This document shows, in pieces, positions 20,135 through 30,153 of a stretch of DNA of 58,387 nt. The stretch lies in the IMG/VR virus record IMGVR_UViG_3300008122_000003, positions 1-58,387 of that record; one strand, 5' to 3'. The first letter of the stretch is position 1. Each line of letters opens with the position of its first letter. The notes under the pieces were generated by a model that saw only the letters and a list, made by a program, of their open reading frames with translations, did no database searches and was not told the origin of the DNA. A program made the position numbers and the translations under genes. The DNA is from a virus (Duplodnaviria; Caudoviricetes).

Positions 20135-21274
20135 ATGGCGAATGAAACCCAGAAATACACGCTCGGCCGCGGCGAGGTGTTCTTCAACAAATTCAAACCC
20201 GGCACCAACATCGGCGAGGGTGAGCGTTATCTGGGCAATACCCCGGAATACTCGCTGACCAACGACGTCGAGACCCTGGACCACTTCAACTCCGATCGCG
20301 GTCTGCGCGAGAAGGATGAATCGGTCTTGCTGGAGATCTCCAGTTCAGGCTCGATGACTTGCGACAACATCTCCGGCGACAACGTGGCGTTGTTCTTCCT
20401 GGGCAACCTGCTGACCAAGTCCTCTACCTCTGTAACCGCGCAGAAAGAGGTTTTCACCAGCTGGAAGCGCGGCTACACCATGCAGCTCGGCACCACTGAC
20501 ACCACGCCTACCGGTGTGCGCAAAGTGTCGAACGTCAAGGTGGGCAAGGCCGCAAGCAATGCCACCATCGACATGTCCAGTGACATCAACAGCATGTCTG
20601 GCGTCACGGTGATCGATGCAGCTGGCAACTACGAAGTGGACACCGAACTGGGCCGCCTATACCTGGAGCCGACCTCCGCCGAGATCAACGGCGACATCAA
20701 GCTGGTGGTCCAGTTCGACGTGGCCGCGCAGTCCCGTCAGATGGTGGTGTCGTCCAACGACGTGGTTCAGGGCAGCCTGCGCTTCGTGGCGCACAACGCC
20801 AAGGGCGAGAACAAGGACTACTTCTTCCCGAAGGTCACCCTGTCACCGGACGGCGACTACAACCTGAAGGGCGACGACTGGCAGTCCATGGGCTTCACCT
20901 TCGAAGCGCTGAAACTGCCAGGCCGCGAGCGTGTCTACATCGACATCCGTGCGGTGGATGAGTCAGGCGGCAACCCGGCTGATCTGCGCTATGTGTCAGT
21001 GGCCCCGGCCAAGCTGACAGGCGCTGCTAACACGCCGATCGCTTTCACCGTGACCGTCCGCGATGGCAACAACAACACCGTTCCTGGCCAGACGGTGACC
21101 ATGACGGCCAGTGGCAGCGGTGTGTTGTCTGAACCGTCCGAGAACACCGGCTTCGACGGCAGCTTCACGGCCACGGTCAACAAGACCACCGCTGGCGCAG
21201 TCGCAGTCACCGCCACCGTGCAGTCTGCTGCCGGACCGGTCTCGGCCACCAGCGCCAACATCACCTTCAGCTGA
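20135..21274 (+). CDS. Major tail protein with C-terminal Ig-like domain
   Basis: YTLGRG, ERYLGNTP, LKGDDWQ; C-terminal TVTVRD.NNN.VPGQTV Big_1-like domain. Confidence 0.9.
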   Translation: MANETQKYTLGRGEVFFNKFKPGTNIGEGERYLGNTPEYSLTNDVETLDHFNSDRGLREKDESVLLEISSSGSMTCDNISGDNVALFFLGNLLTKSSTSVTAQKEVFTSWKRGYTMQLGTTDTTPTGVRKVSNVKVGKAASNATIDMSSDINSMSGVTVIDAAGNYEVDTELGRLYLEPTSAEINGDIKLVVQFDVAAQSRQMVVSSNDVVQGSLRFVAHNAKGENKDYFFPKVTLSPDGDYNLKGDDWQSMGFTFEALKLPGRERVYIDIRAVDESGGNPADLRYVSVAPAKLTGAANTPIAFTVTVRDGNNNTVPGQTVTMTASGSGVLSEPSENTGFDGSFTATVNKTTAGAVAVTATVQSAAGPVSATSANITFS

Positions 21275-21296
21275 TCCAGTTGAACGGTTTAACAAG

Positions 21297-21321
21297 AAGC
21301 GCCTTCGGGCGCTTTTTATTT
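21297..21321 (+). terminator. Terminator, copy 1 of a 25-bp direct repeat
   Basis: AAGCGCC-TTCG-GGCGCTT-TTT; identical to 22563-22587. Confidence 0.85.
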
Positions 21322-21348
21322 GCCCGCGATAAGGGGTTGGGTTAAAGT
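21320..21348 (+). promoter_or_regulatory. Putative moron promoter TTGCCC-N17-TAAAGT
   Basis: Spacing and position upstream of the Arc-like gene. Confidence 0.5.
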
Positions 21349-21376
21349 AGACCGAAACCAACCTGAGAGGTCTACG

Positions 21377-21529
21377 ATGAAGAAAGAGAAGAAACAACAG
21401 CGATCACTGAGTCTGCCGCCAGCATTGAAGTCGGAGGTGGAAGCATTGGCGGAGAAAGAAGGGCGCAGCTTCAACCAGATGGTGGAGCGTCTGCTGAAGA
21501 AAGCCCTGTCACAAGGGGGCGAGGTGTGA
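21377..21529 (+). CDS. Arc-like ribbon-helix-helix regulator
   Basis: SLSLP..LK..VE..AEKEGRSFNQMV..LL. Confidence 0.82.
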   Translation: MKKEKKQQRSLSLPPALKSEVEALAEKEGRSFNQMVERLLKKALSQGGEV

Positions 21530-22563
21530 ACGAGTACAAATTGTACCTTGGAAACTGCCTCGACCACTTGGAGTTCATGCCTGATAACTCTGTAGACAGC
21601 ATCGTGACGGACCCGCCTTATGGCCTGTCTTTCATGGGCAAGAAGTGGGACTACGATGTGCCATCCGTGGAAATCTGGGCCGAATGCCTGCGCGCCCTGA
21701 AACCCGGGGGACACCTGCTGTCATTTGCGGGCACCCGCACCCAGCATCGGATGGCAATCAACATCGAAGACGCTGGGTTCGAGATCCGCGATATGATCGC
21801 TTGGGTCTACGGATCGGGGTTCCCGAAGTCACATAACCTGAAGGATGACTGGGAAGGCTGGGGCACTGCCCTGAAACCGGCACTTGAACCAATCACCGTC
21901 GCCCGCAAGCCATTCAAAGGGACGATTGCAGCCAACGTACAAGCGCATGGCACAGGCGGTCTGAATATCGACGGATGCCGGGTCGGCGACGAGGTGGTTT
22001 CCACGCATTCCAGAGGAGCAAACGGGGCTTTCCCAAAAAGACCAGGGGAAACCTCGGCAGAAGAAAGCGGGCGCAAGCAAGATCAGCGCGAAGGCTTGGA
22101 CCACTCTGAACGCAACGGCCGCTGGCCCGCCAACCTGATCCACGACGGCAGCGACGAGGTGGTAGCGCTGTTCCCCGAGTCAAGCGTAACGGGGAAGCGA
22201 AGTGCAAAAAGCCAAAGCGCCAAGGTCAACGGGACGAATTGGCTTACGGGCAACCACGAATCAACCGAGTACACAGATCAAGGCAGTGCGGCCCGCTTCT
22301 TCTACTGTGCGAAGGCGAGCAAAAAGGATAGGGGAGAAGGTAACAACCATCCTACCGTGAAGCCAACCGAACTGATGGCCTACCTGTGCCGGCTGGTCAC
22401 GCCGCCAGGCGGCATAGTGCTTGACCCGTTCATGGGGAGCGGCAGCACCGGAAAGGCCGCCTTGAGGGAAGGGTTCGGTTTCATAGGAATGGAGATGGAC
22501 CCGGACTACTTTGAAATCGCCAAGACTCGAATAAAACACGAAGCAAACAAGAACACACGGTAA
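21526..22563 (+). CDS. DNA methyltransferase (N4-C/N6-A, beta class)
   Basis: TDPPY, HPTVKP, LDPFMGSGSTG. Confidence 0.93.
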   Translation: MNEYKLYLGNCLDHLEFMPDNSVDSIVTDPPYGLSFMGKKWDYDVPSVEIWAECLRALKPGGHLLSFAGTRTQHRMAINIEDAGFEIRDMIAWVYGSGFPKSHNLKDDWEGWGTALKPALEPITVARKPFKGTIAANVQAHGTGGLNIDGCRVGDEVVSTHSRGANGAFPKRPGETSAEESGRKQDQREGLDHSERNGRWPANLIHDGSDEVVALFPESSVTGKRSAKSQSAKVNGTNWLTGNHESTEYTDQGSAARFFYCAKASKKDRGEGNNHPTVKPTELMAYLCRLVTPPGGIVLDPFMGSGSTGKAALREGFGFIGMEMDPDYFEIAKTRIKHEANKNTR

Positions 22564-22587
22564 AGCGCCTTCGGGCGCTTTTTATTT
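22563..22587 (+). terminator. Terminator, copy 2 of the 25-bp direct repeat
   Basis: Identical to 21297-21321. Confidence 0.85.
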
Positions 22588-22644
22588 TTGCGGCCCACCG
22601 TGTCCATCGTGTTAAATTAGGCGGACAACCTAAAGGAGCCCAAC

Positions 22645-23079
22645 ATGGCACTCGCAGACTTCACCCCAGACAAAGTAACCGTCCCTCTCGGCAAGAACGC
22701 ATCGGTCGATGTGCGCGGCCTCGGCATCCAAGACTTAAGCCAGCTGATGCACGTGCATCTTGACGACCTCGCAGGTCTGATCGACATCTACGAAAAGAGC
22801 GGCGGCAACTTCACCGAAGCGGGCCTGCTGCAGTTCGTGCTGCGCCTTGTGACGGACGCCCCCGGCCTCGTGGCCCACGCTATCGCCCTTGCGGCCGATG
22901 AGCCCGAGCTGGTGGACAAGGCGGCATCCCTGCCGATCCCGGTGCAGCTGAAACTGGTTCAAACCATTGGCACCCTGACATTCGAGGACTTCGGCGGGGC
23001 AAAAAAGACGATGGCGATGTTCGAAAACCTGCTGGCGAGCGCCGCCCTGATGAGCCGACCGGCAGCCGCGAACGTGTGA
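22645..23079 (+). CDS. Tail assembly chaperone (gpG-like)
   Basis: Position before tape measure; slippery A AAA AAG at 23001-23007. Confidence 0.85.
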   Translation: MALADFTPDKVTVPLGKNASVDVRGLGIQDLSQLMHVHLDDLAGLIDIYEKSGGNFTEAGLLQFVLRLVTDAPGLVAHAIALAADEPELVDKAASLPIPVQLKLVQTIGTLTFEDFGGAKKTMAMFENLLASAALMSRPAAANV

Positions 23080-23318
23080 TCGCCCAGTACCACAGCTTGC
23101 GCAGCGAGGTCAGCCTGCTCTTGTCAACCGGACATCTTGCAGCACGGCAGTACCCCGTAGGCATGGTGTGGGGTGAGGCGGCCATTGTTCGCAAACGGGT
23201 TAACCATCAACTGGCGACCGAGGCGATCCTGATGCAGGCGGTTGTCGGCAGTGCGCTGAACCCGAAAGAGGGAGGCAAGGCCTTCCAGAAAATGATTAAG
23301 GAGATGACAAGTGGCTGA
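23001..23318 (+). CDS. Tail assembly chaperone -1 frameshift extension (gpT-like)
   Basis: -1 frame is open from the slippery site through ORF 23076-23318. Confidence 0.78.
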   Translation, partial: KKDDGDVRKPAGERRPDEPTGSRERVIAQYHSLRSEVSLLLSTGHLAARQYPVGMVWGEAAIVRKRVNHQLATEAILMQAVVGSALNPKEGGKAFQKMIKEMTSG

Positions 23319-26300
23319 CCAGTCCAAAGACGTTGAGCTACGGATCAGGGCGCGGGATTACTCGCAGAAGACCCTGGGCCAGCTGACCAAGATCGTCGGC
23401 ACTCTGACCGATGTGATGAATGAACAGCAGGCCGCAGCCGAGCGAGGGGAGGGGTCGAACAAAGACCTCGCCGCAACCTACCAACGTCTTGAAGACGCCG
23501 GCAAACAGCTGCTCCGCCTGGACGCCCTGACCAAGCTATTCGAGCGCCAAAGCAAGGCGGTTGAAGATGCGGCCAAGGCCACCGAGGATGCCAAGAATAA
23601 ACAGGCAGCCTTGGCCGAGGAGCTGTCGAAGGTCGAGAACGTCACCAAGAAACAGCAGAAGTCCCTGGAGACCGCCACCAAGCAGTCAGAGCGGGCATCC
23701 AAGGCAGAGGAGACACGTCGCACCACACTCGCCCGCACTGCGGATGAGATGAAGCGCTACGGCATCGATACGGCCACCGCCGCGCAGGCCCAGGGTCAGT
23801 TCAGCAGCATGGTCGGGCAGGTAAACGCCGCGCTCGAACGCCAGAGCAAGGCGATGGACACCCTGCCCGCTTCATCTCGCACCGCCAAGATGCAACAGGA
23901 GACCAATGCCCAGCTGGCGGCCCAGCAGGAAGCAACCGCCAAGATGGTGGTCGACTCCCGCAAGAAAGCTGCCGCTGAAAAAGAGGCGGCGGATAAGGTA
24001 GTGCAGGCGCTGCAGCGTCAGGCCGATCAAGCGGTAGCCACCGCCCGTGGATACCAGAGCCTCGGCCGCGTAGTCGTGAAGACCACGGATGACCAAAGCC
24101 GGTACGCACAAGCCCTTCAGCAGATCATCTCCCCTGCAGCAGCCGCACGGTCAACCCTGTCCGGCGTCGAGAAGCAAGTCGCTGACTTGAGCGCCGAGGT
24201 CACCAAGGGCGGAAAGAATCTCAAGGATGGCGCGGCCAAACTCAAAGAGCTGGGCGCCGCACAGACGGCCCTGATGTCCATGGGCAAAGGCATCGACGCC
24301 TACCGGCAGCAGATCGCTGTAGTACGCGAATCACGTGCTACATACGTCGCCGCACGGGAAGAGGTGAAGAACCTAGCCGCCCAGATGAAAGCGGCCGGCA
24401 CCGACGCCGGTGAACTGGGGGCCAAGCTCAACGCTGCGCAGCAGAACATGAAGACTGCTGCGATCGGCATGCGCAATGCGACACAGGCCGCCCGCGACAG
24501 CCGCGACGCGCTCAAACAGGCAGGCATCAACACCAGTCAGCTCTCAGCCGCGCAGGAGCGCCTGACGGCAACAGCCAATCGCACCGTGTCATCCGCCCAG
24601 CAGGTGTCCGCCGCACTGCGACAACAGCAGCAAGCAGGCCAGGGCGCCACCTCAATGTTCAAGAGCCTGAGCGATAGCGGCCGGGAGTCCCTGTCCGTTT
24701 ACCAACGTCTGCGAGGAGAAGTGTTGGCCCTGGCCACTGCCTATGTCGGGGTGCAAGGCACAATCAACCAAGCGGCAGGGGCGATCGACGCATACAAGCT
24801 GCGCCAACAGGCCCTGCTCAAGATCAGCGCAGTGGTCGGCGACAGCGCCGAGGCGCAGAACGAGCAGTGGGAGTACATGGTCGGCCTCGCCAACAAGCTG
24901 GGGATCGAGCTGGATGTGGTGGCCACCAGCTATACGAAATTCGCGGTAGCGGCCAATGCGGTCGGCATCGGCATGCAGGAGACCCGCTACATCTACGAGT
25001 CGATCGCCAAGGCGGGCCGCGTGTTCGCCCTCAGTTCCGATGACATGAACGGCGTGTTCAAAGCCCTTGAGCAGATGCTGTCGAAGGGTCAGGTCTACGC
25101 AGAAGAACTGCGAGGCCAGCTCGGCGAACGTCTGCCGGGTGCAGTGGCGCTGTTCGCCAAGGGCATGGGCATGTCAGTCCAAGAGCTGACCAAGGCGCTC
25201 GAACTCGGCACCGTGCGGGCAGAAGACGTCATCAACTTCGCCCGTGAGAACGCCAAAGAGGTCGATGCCCTTGTAGAGAAAGCCTCCGGATCCGTGCAAG
25301 CGGCGGAAGCGCGGCTTAAATCTGCCATGATCCTGTTCAAGCTGGCCATCGCGGACTCGGGGTTCATCGAGCACTACGCGGCCATGCTGGAGCGCCTGAC
25401 CCAATTCCTGAACAGCGCGGAGGGCCAATTAGCCGCAGCCAAGCTGGGAGAGGCATTCAGTCATGCGGCCGACGCGGTGGTCTACTTGGCGGAGAACCTT
25501 GAGACCGTCAAAGAGGTAATCATTGCAATTGGTCTGCTGAAGTTCGGGCAGATGCTGGTGGGAATGGCCGTCAATGTCACCGCAGCCGTTGGCAAAGTGA
25601 AGCTGCTGTCCATGGCAGCAATCGAACTTGAGGCATCCCTCTTGGCCGCAGGCACGGCGACCGGCGTTCTCCGTGCAGGCCTCCTGCGCTTGATCCCGAT
25701 CCTCGGCCTGGTGCTCGCATCGTGGGAAATTGGCGAGTGGGCCTACGAGACCTCTGAGACCGTGCGCACCGTGCTAGATACAGTCGGCCTGTATCTGAAA
25801 GGGGCCATCGAGCTGCTCGGCACGATCATCGCGACTATCCCGGAGGGCCTGAAAGACGCCGCTCGCGGGGCCAAGCATGTCTTCAAGAGCATGTTCGAAG
25901 ACCAGGGTGAGTTCGTCAGCAACACGGCGAAACTGTGGGACGACCTGGCGAAGTCTTGGGCCGACGCACAGGAGAAGATGGACAAGAAACACGCCGACTC
26001 CACGAAATACCGGATGGACTTGGTCAACACCGAGTTCACGGGTTGGATGAACAAGATCGACGAGCTCAACCGCAAGCAACTGTCACCGTCCGGTGATCAG
26101 GGCGGTTTCGCAGGTATGTTCGGCGAGAAGCCCGAGGCTCCGTCTCTCAAGCGTCCGGGCTTCCAATACACGGAAGACCCAGGCGGCGGCAGCACAGCGG
26201 CCTCACGCGAAGTGGCGAAGCTGACCAAAGAATACGAAAAGCTAGACAAAGCGGCAGACAAAGCCGCCAAATCGGCCCGCGAGGCCTTGGTGCGCAAAGA

Positions 26301-27672
26301 CTTGCCAGGTCGCTTGAAGCTGGTCGACGAAGAGTTCGCGCCGAAGTATGCCGCGGCCCGCAAGGTGGAGGGCGAGGCGGGCAAACAGCTGGTAGCCCAG
26401 CTCGACGCCATTGTCGCCAAGCGCAAAGAGATCGAGCGCCTTGAGTTCCAGAACTCCACGAAGGGTGCCGCCAACGACACCAAGCGGGCCAACTCACTGC
26501 AGGCGCTGCGCAACCAATACGAGCAGATGGAGGCGTCGTTCGGGCAACGCGAGGCCAAGATCGACACAACCAAGAGCTTTGCCCAGCGAATGGCGGCCGA
26601 TCTGGCCAAGGTGTCCGTCCAGTACGATCAGCTCATCGCCAAGTCCAAGAAACTGGGCGACCAGAAACTGGCCTCGCAGTTCGAAGACCTGAAGAAGCAG
26701 AACCTCGAACTGGCCACGCTGAAGGCTCGCACGGATGAGCTGAAGCGCCTGGAAGACGACGTCAACTCCCAACTGGAAATCAAGCGGTCCCGTTTGCAGG
26801 AGATCAACGCCCTGCGTGAAGCGGGGGTCATTTCGGAGAACGAGCAGGTGGCAAGAACCGTGGCGCTCTACAACGAGCAAAACGGCGCAATCGCGACTTC
26901 GATCACGAACTTGGAGGCTTTCGCCCGCACCATGCAGTCCAGCATGACCGCCGAGCAGTTCGCCAAGATCAACGCCGAGATCGCTACCATGCGTGCCGGT
27001 CTTCAGGATATAGCCGGCACCTACGACCAGTGGGATACAATGATCGTGCAGGGTGTACTGGACGGCATGTCCACCAGCTTGAACAGCATCGCACATGACC
27101 TAGTGGAGGTGTTCCATGGTGCGATGTCCATCGGTGATGCCTTCAAAAACCTCGGCCAGGTGGTGCGGAAGTTCTTCGCCGACTTCCTGCTCCAGATCGC
27201 CCAGGCCATTCTCCAGCAGGCCCTGCTCAACGCCATCGCCGGCGCGGGATGGGGCGGTCTGTCCAACACAGCAGCCTCGATGGGCGGGGCTGCGTCCGGT
27301 GCCGGAGCTGCGGTTCTCCACTCCGGGGGTGCAGTAGGCGGCAGAGCAAACCGCACACGCGATGTGTCTACCAACTGGTTCGCCAATGCCCCCCGTTTCC
27401 ATGACGGCGGACTGCCAGGGCTCAAGAGCGATGAGGTCCCGGCCATCCTGCAGAAGGGGGAGCAGGTGCTGTCAAAAGATGACCCGAACAACATCTTGAA
27501 CGGAGCCGGCCAACAAGCGGCCGCACCTGCACAACCGATGGGTATCAAGATCGTGAACACCTTCGATGCGGCGGACGTAGTATCGCAAGGCTTGAGCACC
27601 GGCGCCGGGGAGCAGGCGGTCATCAACGTGGTGAAGTCGAACCGATCCGCCATCAAGAACTTACTGAAATAA
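23311..27672 (+). CDS. Tail tape measure protein
   Basis: 1453 aa, Ala/Gln-rich helical; QMLSKGQV.AEELRGQLGERLPG tape-measure motif. Confidence 0.95.
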   Translation: MADQSKDVELRIRARDYSQKTLGQLTKIVGTLTDVMNEQQAAAERGEGSNKDLAATYQRLEDAGKQLLRLDALTKLFERQSKAVEDAAKATEDAKNKQAALAEELSKVENVTKKQQKSLETATKQSERASKAEETRRTTLARTADEMKRYGIDTATAAQAQGQFSSMVGQVNAALERQSKAMDTLPASSRTAKMQQETNAQLAAQQEATAKMVVDSRKKAAAEKEAADKVVQALQRQADQAVATARGYQSLGRVVVKTTDDQSRYAQALQQIISPAAAARSTLSGVEKQVADLSAEVTKGGKNLKDGAAKLKELGAAQTALMSMGKGIDAYRQQIAVVRESRATYVAAREEVKNLAAQMKAAGTDAGELGAKLNAAQQNMKTAAIGMRNATQAARDSRDALKQAGINTSQLSAAQERLTATANRTVSSAQQVSAALRQQQQAGQGATSMFKSLSDSGRESLSVYQRLRGEVLALATAYVGVQGTINQAAGAIDAYKLRQQALLKISAVVGDSAEAQNEQWEYMVGLANKLGIELDVVATSYTKFAVAANAVGIGMQETRYIYESIAKAGRVFALSSDDMNGVFKALEQMLSKGQVYAEELRGQLGERLPGAVALFAKGMGMSVQELTKALELGTVRAEDVINFARENAKEVDALVEKASGSVQAAEARLKSAMILFKLAIADSGFIEHYAAMLERLTQFLNSAEGQLAAAKLGEAFSHAADAVVYLAENLETVKEVIIAIGLLKFGQMLVGMAVNVTAAVGKVKLLSMAAIELEASLLAAGTATGVLRAGLLRLIPILGLVLASWEIGEWAYETSETVRTVLDTVGLYLKGAIELLGTIIATIPEGLKDAARGAKHVFKSMFEDQGEFVSNTAKLWDDLAKSWADAQEKMDKKHADSTKYRMDLVNTEFTGWMNKIDELNRKQLSPSGDQGGFAGMFGEKPEAPSLKRPGFQYTEDPGGGSTAASREVAKLTKEYEKLDKAADKAAKSAREALVRKDLPGRLKLVDEEFAPKYAAARKVEGEAGKQLVAQLDAIVAKRKEIERLEFQNSTKGAANDTKRANSLQALRNQYEQMEASFGQREAKIDTTKSFAQRMAADLAKVSVQYDQLIAKSKKLGDQKLASQFEDLKKQNLELATLKARTDELKRLEDDVNSQLEIKRSRLQEINALREAGVISENEQVARTVALYNEQNGAIATSITNLEAFARTMQSSMTAEQFAKINAEIATMRAGLQDIAGTYDQWDTMIVQGVLDGMSTSLNSIAHDLVEVFHGAMSIGDAFKNLGQVVRKFFADFLLQIAQAILQQALLNAIAGAGWGGLSNTAASMGGAASGAGAAVLHSGGAVGGRANRTRDVSTNWFANAPRFHDGGLPGLKSDEVPAILQKGEQVLSKDDPNNILNGAGQQAAAPAQPMGIKIVNTFDAADVVSQGLSTGAGEQAVINVVKSNRSAIKNLLK

Positions 27673-27682
27673 GGAGCAACTG

Positions 27683-28858
27683 GTGGCCGAGCACATCGAG
27701 GTTTTCAATCATCCCCACAACTGGTCATCGCCGGTCGCCGAGAACTACGAGTTCAAGACGGACATCGTGACCAGTCAGTCCGGCCGGGAGCAGCGCAGGT
27801 CTCTGCGCCGCAACCCCCGCCTCGCTATCGAGACCCGGATCAACCCCGTGGGGGCGTCGCTCATCAAGCTGCGCCGCCAGCTGACATTCTGGGGGCAGTA
27901 CCCGTTCTGGCAACCGGACTGGGTGCGTCGCGCCCCTGCCGCGTCCACCGTGTCCGTTGGTGTGTCCTCAATTCCGATATCAGCCCCGCTCCGTGGCGCC
28001 CGCGTCGGCATGAAGGTGATCATCGACATGCCGTCCGGATCCGCCCCGACGTACACCCTGACAGAGGTGACGGACGCCGCCCTGCGTCTCAGCGGCCCCA
28101 TCCTTGAGCTGATGCCAGCGGGGACAATGGTGCACCTCGCCTACCAGGGGTACATCCCGTCCGGTCAACAGAGCCAGCTGGTAACCGACCGTGTGGCCAC
28201 GATGATCTCCCGCTTCGAGGCCGATCCCACCGAACCCCTGCCGATCGACTCCGGTGTCGCAGGGCAGACCTTCGCCGGGATCGAAGTGGTGACGCTGCGG
28301 CCGAACTGGCAGAACACCGTCGACCTGTCACACGATTACGAGGTCTACGACGTGGACAACGGCCGCGGGGTTAAGCAGAGGTACCATCCGGTCAGCTACA
28401 ACAGGCCCACTACGAAGTGGATGATGCGCAACATGGATGCGCCCCGCAGCGAGGCCGCGCTCCAGTTCTTCCTCCGCATGAAGGGGCGGCTGCGAGTCTG
28501 CTACCTGCCGAGCCTTATCGACGACCTGCCGCCTAAAACTGCGCTCACCAAGAACTCCGATAAGTTCAAAGTGGCCGGGTTGGAGGCGATGCAGTATTGG
28601 GATGGCGCCGTGCAGCGGGTGATCCGCATCGAAGGGGTAGACGGGACAATCTGGTACCGCCGCGTGGTCAGCATGGCGCAGGCAACCGCTGACACAGAAG
28701 TGCGGGTCGACACACCGTGGCCGAGCGCCTTGGCTGTGAAGCAGATCAGCTGGATGTCACGTTGCCGGTTGGCCTCGGACCTTCTGGTGCTATCATGGCT
28801 GTCAGACACTATTTCTGAGTGTGACCTGACGTTCACGCTACTGGAGGACCCGCAGTGA
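27683..28858 (+). CDS. Distal tail protein
   Basis: HNW...V.E.YEFKTD...S.SGREQR..LR..PR; follows tape measure. Confidence 0.75.
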   Translation: MAEHIEVFNHPHNWSSPVAENYEFKTDIVTSQSGREQRRSLRRNPRLAIETRINPVGASLIKLRRQLTFWGQYPFWQPDWVRRAPAASTVSVGVSSIPISAPLRGARVGMKVIIDMPSGSAPTYTLTEVTDAALRLSGPILELMPAGTMVHLAYQGYIPSGQQSQLVTDRVATMISRFEADPTEPLPIDSGVAGQTFAGIEVVTLRPNWQNTVDLSHDYEVYDVDNGRGVKQRYHPVSYNRPTTKWMMRNMDAPRSEAALQFFLRMKGRLRVCYLPSLIDDLPPKTALTKNSDKFKVAGLEAMQYWDGAVQRVIRIEGVDGTIWYRRVVSMAQATADTEVRVDTPWPSALAVKQISWMSRCRLASDLLVLSWLSDTISECDLTFTLLEDPQ

Positions 28859-29706
28859 GTTTCAACTCCCAAGAATATGGCGAATACACAGGGGCGCCGA
28901 TAACCCTGCTCAAGTTCGAAAGCGAGGCGATCAGCACCCCGATCCTCTACACGGATGTTGCCTTTCCGGTCAATTTCAACGGGGAGACCTATCTGCCAGA
29001 GGCGATAAAGGTCGGGTCGTTCACCGCCAGTGAGACCTTGGATAAGGCCAGTCTCGACCTGACCGCGCCAACCGACTCTCAGGTTCCCATGTTATTCCGC
29101 TACTACCCGCTGGGCGGCACCGTCTCGCTCACCATGTTCTACGGCCATGACGGCGACCCGGCGGGCGAGTTCCTGGCGATCTGGTCTGGTAGAGTGCGGC
29201 AGGTGGCGCACCAGGATGACGCCGGTACCGCCACCATCTCCTGCGAACCGGTCAGTACCTCGCTGCAGCGGCCGGGACTGCGCCGCAATTATCAGCGGCT
29301 GTGCCCGCATGTGCTCTATGGCGATAAGTGCAAGGCGAACAAGACCGCGCACACTATCGTAGCCACAGTGGTGTCGGTTCAGGGCGACCGGATCACTGTT
29401 CAAGGACAGCTGCTAAGGGCTTCCCAGTACAAAGGTGGCATGGTGGAATGGACGCGCAGACAGGCAGGCCAGATACCGCTGCGGGACTTGCGAATGGTCA
29501 CGGACATGTTTGTCCGTGCTACCACCACGGAGATCAAGGCGATGGGTGCGGTTCTTGGATTGGTTGCAGGTGACCAAGTTAAATTGTCACACGGCTGCAC
29601 TCATGGTCTTGATGTTTGCACAGACCTGTTTGACAACGCACCCAACTACGGCGGAATGCCGTGGATCCCGACAGACAACCCGATGTCTGGCGGCAGCATT
29701 TACTAA
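28855..29706 (+). CDS. Tail tip/hub protein (DUF2163-like)
   Basis: RR.YQ..CPHVLY...C and GC.H....C...FDN..NYGGMPWIP. Confidence 0.85.
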   Translation: MSFNSQEYGEYTGAPITLLKFESEAISTPILYTDVAFPVNFNGETYLPEAIKVGSFTASETLDKASLDLTAPTDSQVPMLFRYYPLGGTVSLTMFYGHDGDPAGEFLAIWSGRVRQVAHQDDAGTATISCEPVSTSLQRPGLRRNYQRLCPHVLYGDKCKANKTAHTIVATVVSVQGDRITVQGQLLRASQYKGGMVEWTRRQAGQIPLRDLRMVTDMFVRATTTEIKAMGAVLGLVAGDQVKLSHGCTHGLDVCTDLFDNAPNYGGMPWIPTDNPMSGGSIY

Positions 29707-29720
29707 CAAGGAGCATTGTT

Positions 29721-29939
29721 ATGTGGGCATCCCTCGTTTTTTCAGTAGTTTTGGCGGTGGTCAGCTACGCTCTGCAACCTCGGCCAAAAACACCAACACC
29801 AGCCGCCGCGACGGAGATGGACAACCCTACCGCTTCGGCAGGGACGCCGTTGCCCGTGGTTTTCGGCACGATCACGGTGAAGTCACCTAATTTCCTCGGT
29901 TATTGGGCCAAGGAGATCCATGAATATGAAACCGACTGA
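29721..29939 (+). CDS. Tail assembly protein
   Basis: PTA..G.PLPVVFGT..VKSPN motif; RBS AAGGAG. Confidence 0.78.
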   Translation: MWASLVFSVVLAVVSYALQPRPKTPTPAAATEMDNPTASAGTPLPVVFGTITVKSPNFLGYWAKEIHEYETD

Positions 29940-30150
29940 CGAACACGACGACTTGATCGTCACCATAAGCGACACTTGCGCCGCCGGATTATGTGCAACT
30001 GGCAGCTGGAAGTGGTTCAAAGGCCACGGGTTGGACTTCAAATCGTTCATCGACCACGGGCTGCCGGTCAGAGAACTACGCAAACTCGACGACGCTATGG
30101 CACAATTGGCCATCGACGCGAGGATCAGGCGCGCACAACTTGAGGGGTAA
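29920..30150 (+). CDS. Tail assembly chaperone-like small protein
   Basis: C..G...WF..HGLDF..F...G motif; start may be 29926. Confidence 0.72.
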   Translation: MNMKPTDEHDDLIVTISDTCAAGLCATGSWKWFKGHGLDFKSFIDHGLPVRELRKLDDAMAQLAIDARIRRAQLEG

Positions 30151-30153
30151 ACA

